Shown: piece by piece, positions 29,169-37,915 of the stretch
Position numbering within the stretch: position 1 is the stretch's first letter
Layout of the letters: every line of letters begins with the position of its first letter
Origin: Lachnospiraceae bacterium
GTDB taxonomy: Bacteria > Bacillota > Clostridia > Lachnospirales > Lachnospiraceae
Direction of reading: 5' to 3'
DNA length: 64,000 nt
Assembly: GCA_900770785.1 (NCBI GenBank)
Contig: CAAGLJ010000076.1
Span: 16,764 to 80,763 of the forward strand
Made by a program: the position numbers and the translations under genes
The notes under the pieces: generated by a model
The model's input: the letters and a program-made list of their open reading frames with translations, nothing else
What the model was told of the DNA's origin: nothing
Databases searched by the model: none

Positions 29169-30509
29169 ATGAGCGCAAAAAAAGGGAAACCCATTGTAGC
29201 GGTTGTTGGACGTCCCAATGTGGGCAAGTCCACTCTGTTTAATGCACTGGCAGGGGAAAAGATTGCTATTGTGAAGGATACACCGGGAATTACCCGGGAC
29301 AGGATTTATGCAGATGTAAATTGGCTGGATCGCAGCTTTACGCTTATTGATACAGGAGGTATTGAGCCGGACAGCAAGGACATTATTCTATCCCAGATGC
29401 GGGAGCAGGCAGAGATTGCCATGGCTACGGCAGATGTGATTATTTTCCTTGTAGACGTAAAGCAGGGGCTTGTGGATGCGGATTCCAAGGTGGCTGATAT
29501 GCTGCGGCGCTCCAGAAAGCCGGTAGTTCTGGTTGTAAATAAAGTGGATAATTTTGATAAGTTTATGGCAGACACCTATGAATTTTATAATCTGGGCATA
29601 GGTGAGCCGGTTCCCATTTCTGCTGCCAACCGCCTGGGAATAGGAGATATGCTGGATATTGTTTCTTCTCATTTTCCGAAGGAGCAGTCAAAAGAGGAGG
29701 AGGATGACCGTCCAAGAATTGCCATAGTGGGTAAGCCCAATGTAGGAAAATCTTCCTTAATTAATAAGCTTCTGGGAGAAAACAGGCTGATCGTTTCGGA
29801 TATCGCAGGAACCACCCGGGATGCGGTAGACACAGAGGTGGTTCATAACGGGAAAGAATATATCTTTATTGATACTGCTGGACTTCGACGAAAGAACAAA
29901 ATCAAGGAAGAGCTGGAGCATTATATGATTATCCGTACCGTCAGTGCTGTAGAGCGTGCAGATGTAGTGGTTCTGGTGATCGATGCAGGCGAAGGCGTAA
30001 CGGAGCAGGATGCCAAAATTGCCGGAATTGCCCATGAGCGGGGGAAGGGAATGATTATTGCGGTGAACAAATGGGACAGCATCGTCAAGGACGATAAAAC
30101 CATTTATAAATTTACCCGAAAGATTCAGGAGACCCTTTCCTTTATGCAGTATGCGGAAATGATTTTTATCTCTGCCCTTACCGGACAGAGGCTGCCAAAG
30201 CTCTTTGATACTATTGATGCGGTAATCGAAAACTGTACTCTTCGTATTTCCACGGGTGTGTTAAATGAAATTATGACAGAAGCGGTGGCTATGCAGCAGC
30301 CTCCTTCCGATAAAGGAAAACGGCTTCGCCTTTACTATATTACGCAGGCTTCCGTTAAGCCGCCAACCTTCGTTATTTTTGTAAATGATAAGGAACTGAT
30401 GCATTTTTCTTATACCCGATATATCGAAAATCAGATTCGAAATGCCTTTGGGTTCAGAGGAACGCCTCTGAAATTTATTATTCGAGAGAGAAAGGACAAT
30501 CAGAAGTAA
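29169..30509 (+). CDS. der: ribosome-associated GTPase Der (EngA), tandem G domains + KH-like
   Basis: Two GTP-binding domains: [17 protein letters not shown] and [17 protein letters not shown]. Confidence 0.95.
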   Translation: MSAKKGKPIVAVVGRPNVGKSTLFNALAGEKIAIVKDTPGITRDRIYADVNWLDRSFTLIDTGGIEPDSKDIILSQMREQAEIAMATADVIIFLVDVKQGLVDADSKVADMLRRSRKPVVLVVNKVDNFDKFMADTYEFYNLGIGEPVPISAANRLGIGDMLDIVSSHFPKEQSKEEEDDRPRIAIVGKPNVGKSSLINKLLGENRLIVSDIAGTTRDAVDTEVVHNGKEYIFIDTAGLRRKNKIKEELEHYMIIRTVSAVERADVVVLVIDAGEGVTEQDAKIAGIAHERGKGMIIAVNKWDSIVKDDKTIYKFTRKIQETLSFMQYAEMIFISALTGQRLPKLFDTIDAVIENCTLRISTGVLNEIMTEAVAMQQPPSDKGKRLRLYYITQASVKPPTFVIFVNDKELMHFSYTRYIENQIRNAFGFRGTPLKFIIRERKDNQK

Positions 30510-30510
30510 A

Positions 30511-31167
30511 ATGATTCGTTTGGCTTGTTTACTTGTAGGTTATGTATTCGGTCTGTTCCAGACAGCATATTTTTATGGAAGGCTGCATGGTATAGATATA
30601 CGAACCAGGGGAAGCGGTAACGCGGGGACTACCAATACCTTAAGGGTACTGGGAGCCAAAGCCGGGGCCATCGTGCTGGTTGGAGATATTTTAAAAACGG
30701 TGCTGGCCATTACTGTGGCAAGATTATGGTTGATCCCCCAAGCTCCTCAGATGGAATATTTACTGGTGCTTTATACAGCAGCCGGAGCCATTTTAGGGCA
30801 CAATTATCCCTTTTATATGGGTTTTAAAGGAGGAAAGGGGATTGCTGCTACAGCGGGGCTTTTGATTGCCTTCAAGCCTTCCTTTCTGCTGCTGGGAATA
30901 GTGCTTTTTTTTGGAGCATTTTTTCTGACCCATTATGTATCGCTGGGTTCACTTTTAGTATATGCGGGATTCGTAATCCAGTTGATTATCGTAGGGCAGC
31001 AAGGAGGCTTTGGAACCGTCAGTCAGGGTATCCTCAATGAAATGTATGTGGTTGCCATTTTACTGATGGCAATGGCCTACTGGAAGCATCGGGAAAACAT
31101 TAAACGGTTATTGACCCACAGTGAAAGAAAAACCTATTTATTGAAGAAGAAGGATGAAAAGGCTTAA
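30511..31167 (+). CDS. plsY: glycerol-3-phosphate acyltransferase PlsY
   Basis: Multi-TM protein, GSGNAGTTN motif. Confidence 0.9.
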   Translation: MIRLACLLVGYVFGLFQTAYFYGRLHGIDIRTRGSGNAGTTNTLRVLGAKAGAIVLVGDILKTVLAITVARLWLIPQAPQMEYLLVLYTAAGAILGHNYPFYMGFKGGKGIAATAGLLIAFKPSFLLLGIVLFFGAFFLTHYVSLGSLLVYAGFVIQLIIVGQQGGFGTVSQGILNEMYVVAILLMAMAYWKHRENIKRLLTHSERKTYLLKKKDEKA

Positions 31168-31187
31168 GCCATAAGGAGGTATTGGAA

Positions 31188-32198
31188 ATGGCAAAGACAG
31201 GTGTGATCGGAGCAGGAAGCTGGGGAATTGCGCTGGCAAAGCTCTTACATGATAATGGACATGAGGTGACGGTGTGGAGTATTTTACCGGATGAAATTGA
31301 GATGCTGAAAAAAAATCATGAGCATTTGGATAAGCTCCCTGGTGTAAAATTACCGGAGGACATGGAATTTACCACAGATTTGAAAGAGGCGGCAGAAGGA
31401 AAGGATGTATTGGTTCTGGCCGTTCCTTCTCCCTTTATCAGAAATACAGCCCATTCCTTAAAGGAGGTAGTGGCAGATAACCAGATTATTGTTAATGTGG
31501 CAAAAGGAATTGAAGAGGCCACTTTGATGACTTTGTCGCAGGTAATTGAAGAAGAAGTGCCTCAGGCCAGGGTGGCGGTACTTTCCGGGCCTTCTCATGC
31601 GGAAGAGGTGGGAAGAGGCCTTCCGACGACCATTGTAGTAGGCTCAAAGGATAAGGAAACAGCAGAATATCTGCAAAATATTTTTATGAATCAGGTATTC
31701 AGAGTATATATCAGCCCGGATGTATGTGGTATCGAACTGGGAGCAGCACTGAAAAATGTGGTAGCCCTGGCTGCCGGAATTGCCGACGGACTGGGTTATG
31801 GGGATAATACCAAAGCAGCTTTGATTACCAGAGGAATTGCAGAAATTGCCCGCCTGGGAGTGGCTATGGGAGGAAAACCGGAAACCTTCAGCGGCTTATC
31901 CGGAATTGGTGACCTCATCGTTACCTGTGCCAGTAAGCATTCCAGAAATCGTAAGGCTGGCGTACTGATGGGACAGGGAAAAACCATGGAAGAGGCTATG
32001 GCAGAGGTGAAAATGGTGGTGGAAGGAGTATATTCTGCCAAAGCAGCTAACAGACTTGCCTTAAAATACCAGGTTTCCATGCCGATTATTGAACAGGTAA
32101 ATGCGGTTTTATTTGAGAATAAGCCGGCGGCAGAGGCAGTGAAAGACTTGATGCTTCGGGACAAGAAGCTGGAGAATTCTGATTTACCATGGTCATAA
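31188..32198 (+). CDS. gpsA: NAD(P)H-dependent glycerol-3-phosphate dehydrogenase
   Basis: Rossmann GAGSWG, catalytic region. AGGAGG RBS 7 nt before ATG 31188. Confidence 0.9.
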   Translation: MAKTGVIGAGSWGIALAKLLHDNGHEVTVWSILPDEIEMLKKNHEHLDKLPGVKLPEDMEFTTDLKEAAEGKDVLVLAVPSPFIRNTAHSLKEVVADNQIIVNVAKGIEEATLMTLSQVIEEEVPQARVAVLSGPSHAEEVGRGLPTTIVVGSKDKETAEYLQNIFMNQVFRVYISPDVCGIELGAALKNVVALAAGIADGLGYGDNTKAALITRGIAEIARLGVAMGGKPETFSGLSGIGDLIVTCASKHSRNRKAGVLMGQGKTMEEAMAEVKMVVEGVYSAKAANRLALKYQVSMPIIEQVNAVLFENKPAAEAVKDLMLRDKKLENSDLPWS

Positions 32199-32237
32199 CA
32201 TTTACCATGGTCATAACATGGACCATGGTTATAGTAT
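32184..32237. repeat. three tandem 18-bp direct repeats (TTACCATGGTCATAACAT x2 plus a degenerate third copy) overlapping the gpsA stop codon
   Basis: Direct reading: copies 32184-32201 and 32202-32219 are identical. 32220-32237 (GGACCATGGTTATAGTAT) matches 13/18. Each unit contains a CCATGG palindrome. Confidence 0.8.
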
Positions 32238-32277
32238 GGGTTGGAGTTTCTAAGAAAAGTTTTTCAGGAGGAAAGAG

Positions 32278-33096
32278 ATGGATACAACTTTTGAATTTCA
32301 GGGAACACAGGAATATGTAGCTTCCAGAGAACTGCTGTCAGCAGTAAATGTGGCCATCGCCTTGCAGAAGCCGCTGTTGATTAAAGGAGAACCGGGAACC
32401 GGAAAAACCAGGCTGGCGGAAGCAGTAGCCAAGTCCTTAAATAAGAGACTGATTATCTGGAATATTAAGTCTACTACCAAGGCTCAGGATGGTCTTTATG
32501 TATATGATACCATTCAGCGTCTATACGATGGACAGTTTGGTGAAAATGATGTCCATGATATTGCACAGTACATTAAGCTGGGTAAGCTGGGAGAGGCCTT
32601 CGCCTCCAAAGAGCAGGTTATCCTGCTGATTGATGAAATTGATAAGGCAGATTTGGAATTCCCCAACGACCTTTTATGGGAGCTTGACCAGATGGAGTTT
32701 TACATTCACGAGACGAGAGAAACCATTCGGGCCAGGCATCGTCCCATAGTGATTATTACTTCCAATGCAGAGAAGGAGCTGCCGGATGCTTTTTTAAGGC
32801 GTTGTATTTTTCATTATATTGATTTTCCGGACAGAGAATTAATGGAAGAAATCGTTAAGGTACATTTTCCTCAGGTGGATGACCTTCTGCTAAAAAATGC
32901 CATGGACGTTTTCTATGAGATTCGCAGTCTTCGTGATATCCGAAAAAAGCCCAGCACCTCAGAATTGATTGACTGGATAAATGCTTTGCAGATTGGGGGA
33001 ATCCCTGCAGAGAAGATTAAGCAGGAGTTGCCTTTTATTGGGGCTATTGTTAAAAAGGATGAGGATATACAAGCAGCCCGTCAGACCAATTACTGA
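32278..33096 (+). CDS. AAA+ ATPase of the CoxD/CbbQ/MoxR-like (AAA_5) group
   Basis: Walker A GEPGTGKT, Walker B LLIDEIDKA, sensor motifs. The 272-aa size is typical of the CbbQ/CoxD subgroup. Confidence 0.8.
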   Translation: MDTTFEFQGTQEYVASRELLSAVNVAIALQKPLLIKGEPGTGKTRLAEAVAKSLNKRLIIWNIKSTTKAQDGLYVYDTIQRLYDGQFGENDVHDIAQYIKLGKLGEAFASKEQVILLIDEIDKADLEFPNDLLWELDQMEFYIHETRETIRARHRPIVIITSNAEKELPDAFLRRCIFHYIDFPDRELMEEIVKVHFPQVDDLLLKNAMDVFYEIRSLRDIRKKPSTSELIDWINALQIGGIPAEKIKQELPFIGAIVKKDEDIQAARQTNY

Positions 33097-33150
33097 TTAT
33101 TAATGAAAAGAGTGAAAAGCTGCCGGAAGGACAGCGGAAGGTAGGGATAA

Positions 33151-34356
33151 ATGTTTATCGACTTTTTCTATGGACTGAAGGGGGCAGGACTGAAGGTTAC
33201 ACTGGGAGAATGGCTTACTCTTCAGCAGGCTTTGAGTATGGATCTGGCGGGAAGCAGTCTTACCGGGTTTTACTATCTTGCCCGCATGATTTTAGTGAAA
33301 AGTGAAACCGACTATGACAAGTTTGATATGGTATTTGAGTCTGTTTTTAAAGGGGCTGCCATGGAAACTGAGGTGGGAAAAAATATGCTGAAATGGCTGG
33401 ATAAGCCAGAGATGAATGATTTACTCCAGGAAAGCGACAGAGACTGGTTGAATAAGCTGGAGGAAATCAATGTGGATAAGGATGATGTGGAAGAAAGGTT
33501 CCGGCAGCGTCTGAAGGACCAGGACAGCGAACACAATGGCGGTTCCTATTGGATAGGCACCATGGGAAAGACCTCTTTTGGCAATACCGGAGGTAATGTG
33601 GGTGGTGTTCGTGTAGGAGGCAAAACCGGATACCAGTCAGCCTTTTCTGTTGTGGGAGAAAGAAAGTACCGTGATTTTCGAGATGACCGGGTGATGGATA
33701 ACCGGCAGTTTCAGCAGGCTCTGCGTCGCCTGCGTCAGTTTTCGGCCAGACTGGATATTCCTAAAACAGAGCTGGATTTAAATGGTACTGTAGATGAGAC
33801 CTGCAATCATGGGGGAATGCTCCATATTGTGATGGAAAAGCCACGGAAGAATTCAGTAAAGCTGCTGCTTCTGATGGATTCAGGGGGAACCATGATTCCT
33901 TATACTACGTTGTTGAATGATCTGTTTCAGTCGGTAACGAAAACCAATCATTTTAAAGAGGTAAAGGTTTATTTTTTCCATAACTGTATTTACAGTAAGC
34001 TGTATAAGACACCAGAATGTGAGAATGGAGACTGGATTGATACGGAGTGGATGTTTAGTAATCTGGACAGTGATTATAAGGTAATTATTGTGGGCGATGC
34101 GGCTATGGCGCCGGAGGAGCTTTACTCTGACAGCGGAAATTACCGGGGACCTAATGGCGGCTTAAGTGGCATGGAGTGGCTTGAGTTGGTAAAGAAGCAT
34201 TACAAAAAGGTGGTCTGGATGAATCCTAAGATGGCTCCGGGTCATGCTCCCTGGAGAGAAGCGGAGACCGCAATCAAGCAGGTATTTCCCATGTATAAGC
34301 TGACGGTGGATGGTTTGAATCAGGCCATGACCAGACTGATGGTGAACAGGTTATAG
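33151..34356 (+). CDS. VWA-domain protein of the CoxE-like family, partner of the preceding AAA+ ATPase
   Basis: The N-terminal 150 aa match the CoxE N-terminal region. The C-terminal vWA fold (LLLMDSGGTM ... IVGDAAMAP) provides the MIDAS-like D-x-S-x-S/T. Confidence 0.7.
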   Translation: MFIDFFYGLKGAGLKVTLGEWLTLQQALSMDLAGSSLTGFYYLARMILVKSETDYDKFDMVFESVFKGAAMETEVGKNMLKWLDKPEMNDLLQESDRDWLNKLEEINVDKDDVEERFRQRLKDQDSEHNGGSYWIGTMGKTSFGNTGGNVGGVRVGGKTGYQSAFSVVGERKYRDFRDDRVMDNRQFQQALRRLRQFSARLDIPKTELDLNGTVDETCNHGGMLHIVMEKPRKNSVKLLLLMDSGGTMIPYTTLLNDLFQSVTKTNHFKEVKVYFFHNCIYSKLYKTPECENGDWIDTEWMFSNLDSDYKVIIVGDAAMAPEELYSDSGNYRGPNGGLSGMEWLELVKKHYKKVVWMNPKMAPGHAPWREAETAIKQVFPMYKLTVDGLNQAMTRLMVNRL

Positions 34357-34418
34357 GTGAAGGAAAAGAAAAGGGGCTGCTTTAGCAGCCGAAGAATAAG
34401 AAGAACAGGGAGGGACAT

Positions 34419-35642
34419 ATGAAGATATTTGAAGAGCTGAAGGCAAGAGGCTTGCTTGCCCAGCTGACCGATGAAGAGGAAATCAGAGATTTAATTAATG
34501 AGGGAAAGGCTACCTTCTATATTGGTTTTGATCCTACGGCGGACAGTTTGCACGTGGGCCACTTTATGGCACTGTGCCTGATGAAGCGCCTTCAGGAAGC
34601 CGGAAATAAGCCCATTGCCCTGATTGGCGGCGGTACCGGTATGATTGGAGACCCTTCCGGCAGAAGCGATATGCGAAGTATGATGACCAGAGAGCAGATT
34701 GACCATAACTGTGAATGCTTCAAAAAGCAGATGAGCCGCTTTATCGATTTTTCCGAAGGGAAGGCTTTAATGGTAAATAATGCGGACTGGCTGCTGGATT
34801 TAAATTATGTAGAGCTTTTGCGTGACGTGGGAGTACATTTCAGTGTAAACCGCATGCTGTCTGCGGAGTGCTACAAGCAGCGTATGGAAAAGGGTCTGAG
34901 CTTTCTGGAATTTAATTACATGATTATGCAAAGCTACGACTTTCTGGCTCTTTATGAGAAATATGGCTGTAATATGCAGTTTGGAGGAGATGATCAGTGG
35001 AGCAATATGCTGGGCGGTACAGAATTGATTCGCCGTAAGCTGGGCAAGAATGCCTATGCCATGACCATCACCCTGTTGTTAAACTCTGAAGGTAAGAAGA
35101 TGGGCAAGACACAAAAAGGTGCAGTATGGTTAGATCCCAATAAGACCTCACCTTTTGAATTCTACCAGTACTGGAGAAATGTGGCCGATGCGGATGTGTT
35201 AAAATGTATCCGTATGCTGACCTTTTTGCCTCTTGAGGAAATTGAAAAGATGGATGCCTGGGAAGGAAGCCAGTTGAATCAGGCAAAAGAAATTCTGGCT
35301 TATGAATTGACCAAGCTGGTTCATGGTGAGGAAGAGGCCATAAAGGCTCAGGAAAGTGCAAGAGCTTTATTTGCCAGTGGTGTAGCAGCGGATATGCCTA
35401 CAGCAACACTTCGGGCTGAGGACTTTACCGACGGGCAGATTGATATTTTAACCATGTTGGTAAAATCAGGTCTGGTGCCCTCTAAATCGGAAGCACGAAG
35501 AGCCATAGAGCAGGGCGGCGTTACTGTAGATGGAGAAAAGGTGACGGATATCAAGACCATGTATAAAGCCGCTTCTCTGGAAGGAGAAGGGCTTGTATTA
35601 AAGCGTGGAAAGAAGAATTTCAGAAAAGTACAGTACCTGTAG
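34419..35642 (+). CDS. tyrS: tyrosine--tRNA ligase
   Basis: HVGH (class I HIGH), KMGKT (KMSKS), C-terminal S4 domain. GGGAGGG RBS. Confidence 0.95.
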   Translation: MKIFEELKARGLLAQLTDEEEIRDLINEGKATFYIGFDPTADSLHVGHFMALCLMKRLQEAGNKPIALIGGGTGMIGDPSGRSDMRSMMTREQIDHNCECFKKQMSRFIDFSEGKALMVNNADWLLDLNYVELLRDVGVHFSVNRMLSAECYKQRMEKGLSFLEFNYMIMQSYDFLALYEKYGCNMQFGGDDQWSNMLGGTELIRRKLGKNAYAMTITLLLNSEGKKMGKTQKGAVWLDPNKTSPFEFYQYWRNVADADVLKCIRMLTFLPLEEIEKMDAWEGSQLNQAKEILAYELTKLVHGEEEAIKAQESARALFASGVAADMPTATLRAEDFTDGQIDILTMLVKSGLVPSKSEARRAIEQGGVTVDGEKVTDIKTMYKAASLEGEGLVLKRGKKNFRKVQYL

Positions 35643-35646
35643 TATT

Positions 35647-35700
35647 AAAACTCAGGGGGTGCTGATTCGATTCAGCCTTCCCTGAGTTTTCTGTAATTTT
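35647..35700 (+). terminator. rho-independent terminator after tyrS
   Basis: AAAACTCAGGG ... CCCTGAGTTTT long hairpin followed by T-rich run. Confidence 0.8.
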
Positions 35701-35761
35701 TTTTGACAGCCAACTTTGTTTAAAGTATAAACTGAATGGATTAAAGAGGGGAGAAAATATA

Positions 35762-36256
35762 GTGAACATATTGAAAGAGCTGGCAGGTAAAATTAATGGG
35801 CAGATTGTATTAAGAACAGCATTAGATGAAGAAAACTGCTCTTTTTTATGGAATGAACCGGCAACCATTGAAGAGATCGAAGCCTTTGAGAAAAAGCACC
35901 AGTGCAGCTTTCCAGAAGCCTACAAAGAGTTTTTGTTAATTTCCAATGGGGCCACTCTGTTTAAAACAGAATCCGGCAGCAATGGATATCAATTATTAAG
36001 CCTTAAGGAAATGGAAGAAGAAACTCAGGAAATCAGAGAGGATGGTTATATTATTTCTGATAAATGCTATTGCTTTATCAAATTTCTATTTAATGGAGAC
36101 GTCCTGTTTCTGGATCTGGATAAAAAGTTTAATTATATTCTGGACGGTAATATGAGAAGGCACTCCTATAAATGGGAATATATCAATTCGGACATCAATA
36201 CATTTTTTGAACATTTATGCCAGTGTAATGGAGCAACGTATTGGAGATGGCAATAA
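35762..36256 (+). CDS. SMI1/KNR4 (SUKH-1 superfamily) protein, immunity-protein-like
   Basis: IEEIEAFEKKHQCSFPEAYKEFLLISNG...F is the signature N-terminal region of SMI1_KNR4/SUKH domains. GTG start with a GAGGGGAG RBS. Confidence 0.65.
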   Translation: MNILKELAGKINGQIVLRTALDEENCSFLWNEPATIEEIEAFEKKHQCSFPEAYKEFLLISNGATLFKTESGSNGYQLLSLKEMEEETQEIREDGYIISDKCYCFIKFLFNGDVLFLDLDKKFNYILDGNMRRHSYKWEYINSDINTFFEHLCQCNGATYWRWQ

Positions 36257-36304
36257 TATTTTACCCCCTGTCCGGCCGCAAGCTGAAGGACAGGGGATAT
36301 CTTC

Positions 36305-36667
36305 TTATCTTTCCGGTACGATTTCCAACCAGTAGCCATCAGGGTCCTGAATGAAATAAATTCCCATTTCAGGATTTTCATAGCAGATACAGCCCATTTC
36401 TTCATGGAGCTTATGAGCGGCGTCAAAGTCATCGGTACGAAAGGCAAGATGAAATTCGCATTCACCCAAATCATATTTTCCGGGGTGTTCCTCAAGCCAG
36501 GTTAACTCCAGTTCAAAGTCGCTTTCTTCATTACCTACATAAACAATAATAAAACCCTTGCCGTTTTTTCGCCGTTTTTCGGTCAGCCCCAGTGCTTTTT
36601 CATAAAAAGCAAGAGAGGCTTCCAGATTGGAAACATTATAATTTTCATGTATCATTTTGAATTTCAT
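36305..36667 (-). CDS. VOC-family (glyoxalase/bleomycin-resistance/dioxygenase fold) protein
   Basis: 120 aa with paired beta-alpha-beta-beta-beta modules and metal ligands H/E (HENYNV ... HLAFR ... E). Confidence 0.8.
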   Translation of the reverse strand: MKFKMIHENYNVSNLEASLAFYEKALGLTEKRRKNGKGFIIVYVGNEESDFELELTWLEEHPGKYDLGECEFHLAFRTDDFDAAHKLHEEMGCICYENPEMGIYFIQDPDGYWLEIVPER

Positions 36668-37353
36668 TGATATTCCTCCGTATATTCTATAATTTCGCGA
36701 TATTCAGGATATTCACTGAGAAATTGTTTGATTACTTCGGGCTGTTCCCAATAATGCATGGGAAAAACCTTCCCAACTCTTACTTTTTTCAAAAAGTAGA
36801 GAATTCCTCTGGCATAATCCTTTCCCTGTCTGGGATCCAGAGGAAGAAAAGCAAGGTCAATTTCTTCTCCCTGTATCAAATCAATTTCGTGTCGATAGTT
36901 TCCCGTCATTTGTTTATTATATTGTTCAGATTCCTCTTCCCATACCCAGTCGTTTAAATCTCCGGCATGGTAGATTTTCCCTTCCGGGCAGCTCAGCAGA
37001 AAAGCAACTCCTTCATCTGTAGAGAGCAGTGTTTTCAAGCTGGTCTGACAGGGCAGAGTATAGGTCTCGTGAAAAGTCACCTTAACTACCGGAATATCCG
37101 CAGGATAGCGTTTGGGGGAGATATCTTTGGATAAAACAGCAGTAATCCGATGAAAGCCTTCTTTTTTTAAAAGAGTAAAGATTTCCGGATTGTAATGATC
37201 CGCATGCTGGTGACTGGAAAAAACAAGGACAGGCTTATCCTTGTCCATCCGGGGAAGCTCCCCTTTAAAATAATCGAAGATGTAGTAGCAGTGACTGGTT
37301 TCTACCAGAAAACTGCTGTGAAAAATATAATTTACTTTCATATTGTACTCCAT
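36664..37353 (-). CDS. MBL-fold metallo-hydrolase
   Basis: HxHxDH motif SSHQHADHY, downstream His/Asp ligands. Overlaps the VOC gene by 4 nt (operon). Confidence 0.8.
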   Translation of the reverse strand: MEYNMKVNYIFHSSFLVETSHCYYIFDYFKGELPRMDKDKPVLVFSSHQHADHYNPEIFTLLKKEGFHRITAVLSKDISPKRYPADIPVVKVTFHETYTLPCQTSLKTLLSTDEGVAFLLSCPEGKIYHAGDLNDWVWEEESEQYNKQMTGNYRHEIDLIQGEEIDLAFLPLDPRQGKDYARGILYFLKKVRVGKVFPMHYWEQPEVIKQFLSEYPEYREIIEYTEEYQ

Positions 37354-37497
37354 GTATATCTCAGGTTTTGCTTTTTTCTATTGTAACATGTATCTTTTCC
37401 CAGGAACAGCAAAATCTTTTCCGGCTTCAGACAAGACCGCAAGCCAATGGAGGAACGGCAGGATAAATCATAGGGTTTGGTCAAATAGCTGCAAGCT

Positions 37498-37527
37498 ATT
37501 GATTATTAATCAATAGTCTGCTAAGAT
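37498..37527 (+). promoter_or_regulatory. perfect 17-bp palindrome ATTGATTATTAATCAAT overlapping the -35 of the padR promoter (TTGATT, 17 nt, TAAGAT); candidate PadR operator
   Basis: Palindrome read directly at 37498-37514. It lies in the divergent region between the MBL/VOC operon and padR. Confidence 0.45.
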
Positions 37528-37564
37528 ATGATGGAGTCGAAATGTCATAAAATATTGAAGGAAG

Positions 37565-37882
37565 ATGGAAATGAATGCACAATTAAAAAAGGGGGTTCTG
37601 GAGCTTATGGTTTTGCAGGAAATCAGTAAGCGGGATTTATATGGCTATGAGCTGGCCAGAATCTTAAATGAGTATTATACGGACGTGGATGTCAGCTCCT
37701 TTTATACGATTTTGCGGCGTTTGAAGGGAAAAGAATACGTCAGCTGCTATGAGGGAAGCATTTCCAGCGGACCCAGGCGTAAATATTATCAGCTTACTGA
37801 AAGGGGAAGGGAGTACCTGGAAAAACAGCTGGTGGAATGGAAGAATATGCAGCAAATTCAACACAAACTCAGCCTGTGTTAA
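37565..37882 (+). CDS. PadR-family transcriptional regulator
   Basis: Winged-HTH with the conserved LKKGVLELMVL...YGYEL...GTLYPILRRL-like pattern (SFYTILRRL). Confidence 0.85.
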   Translation: MEMNAQLKKGVLELMVLQEISKRDLYGYELARILNEYYTDVDVSSFYTILRRLKGKEYVSCYEGSISSGPRRKYYQLTERGREYLEKQLVEWKNMQQIQHKLSLC

Positions 37883-37915
37883 AAATGGGATACGAAAGAA
37901 AGGAAGTAGATACCA

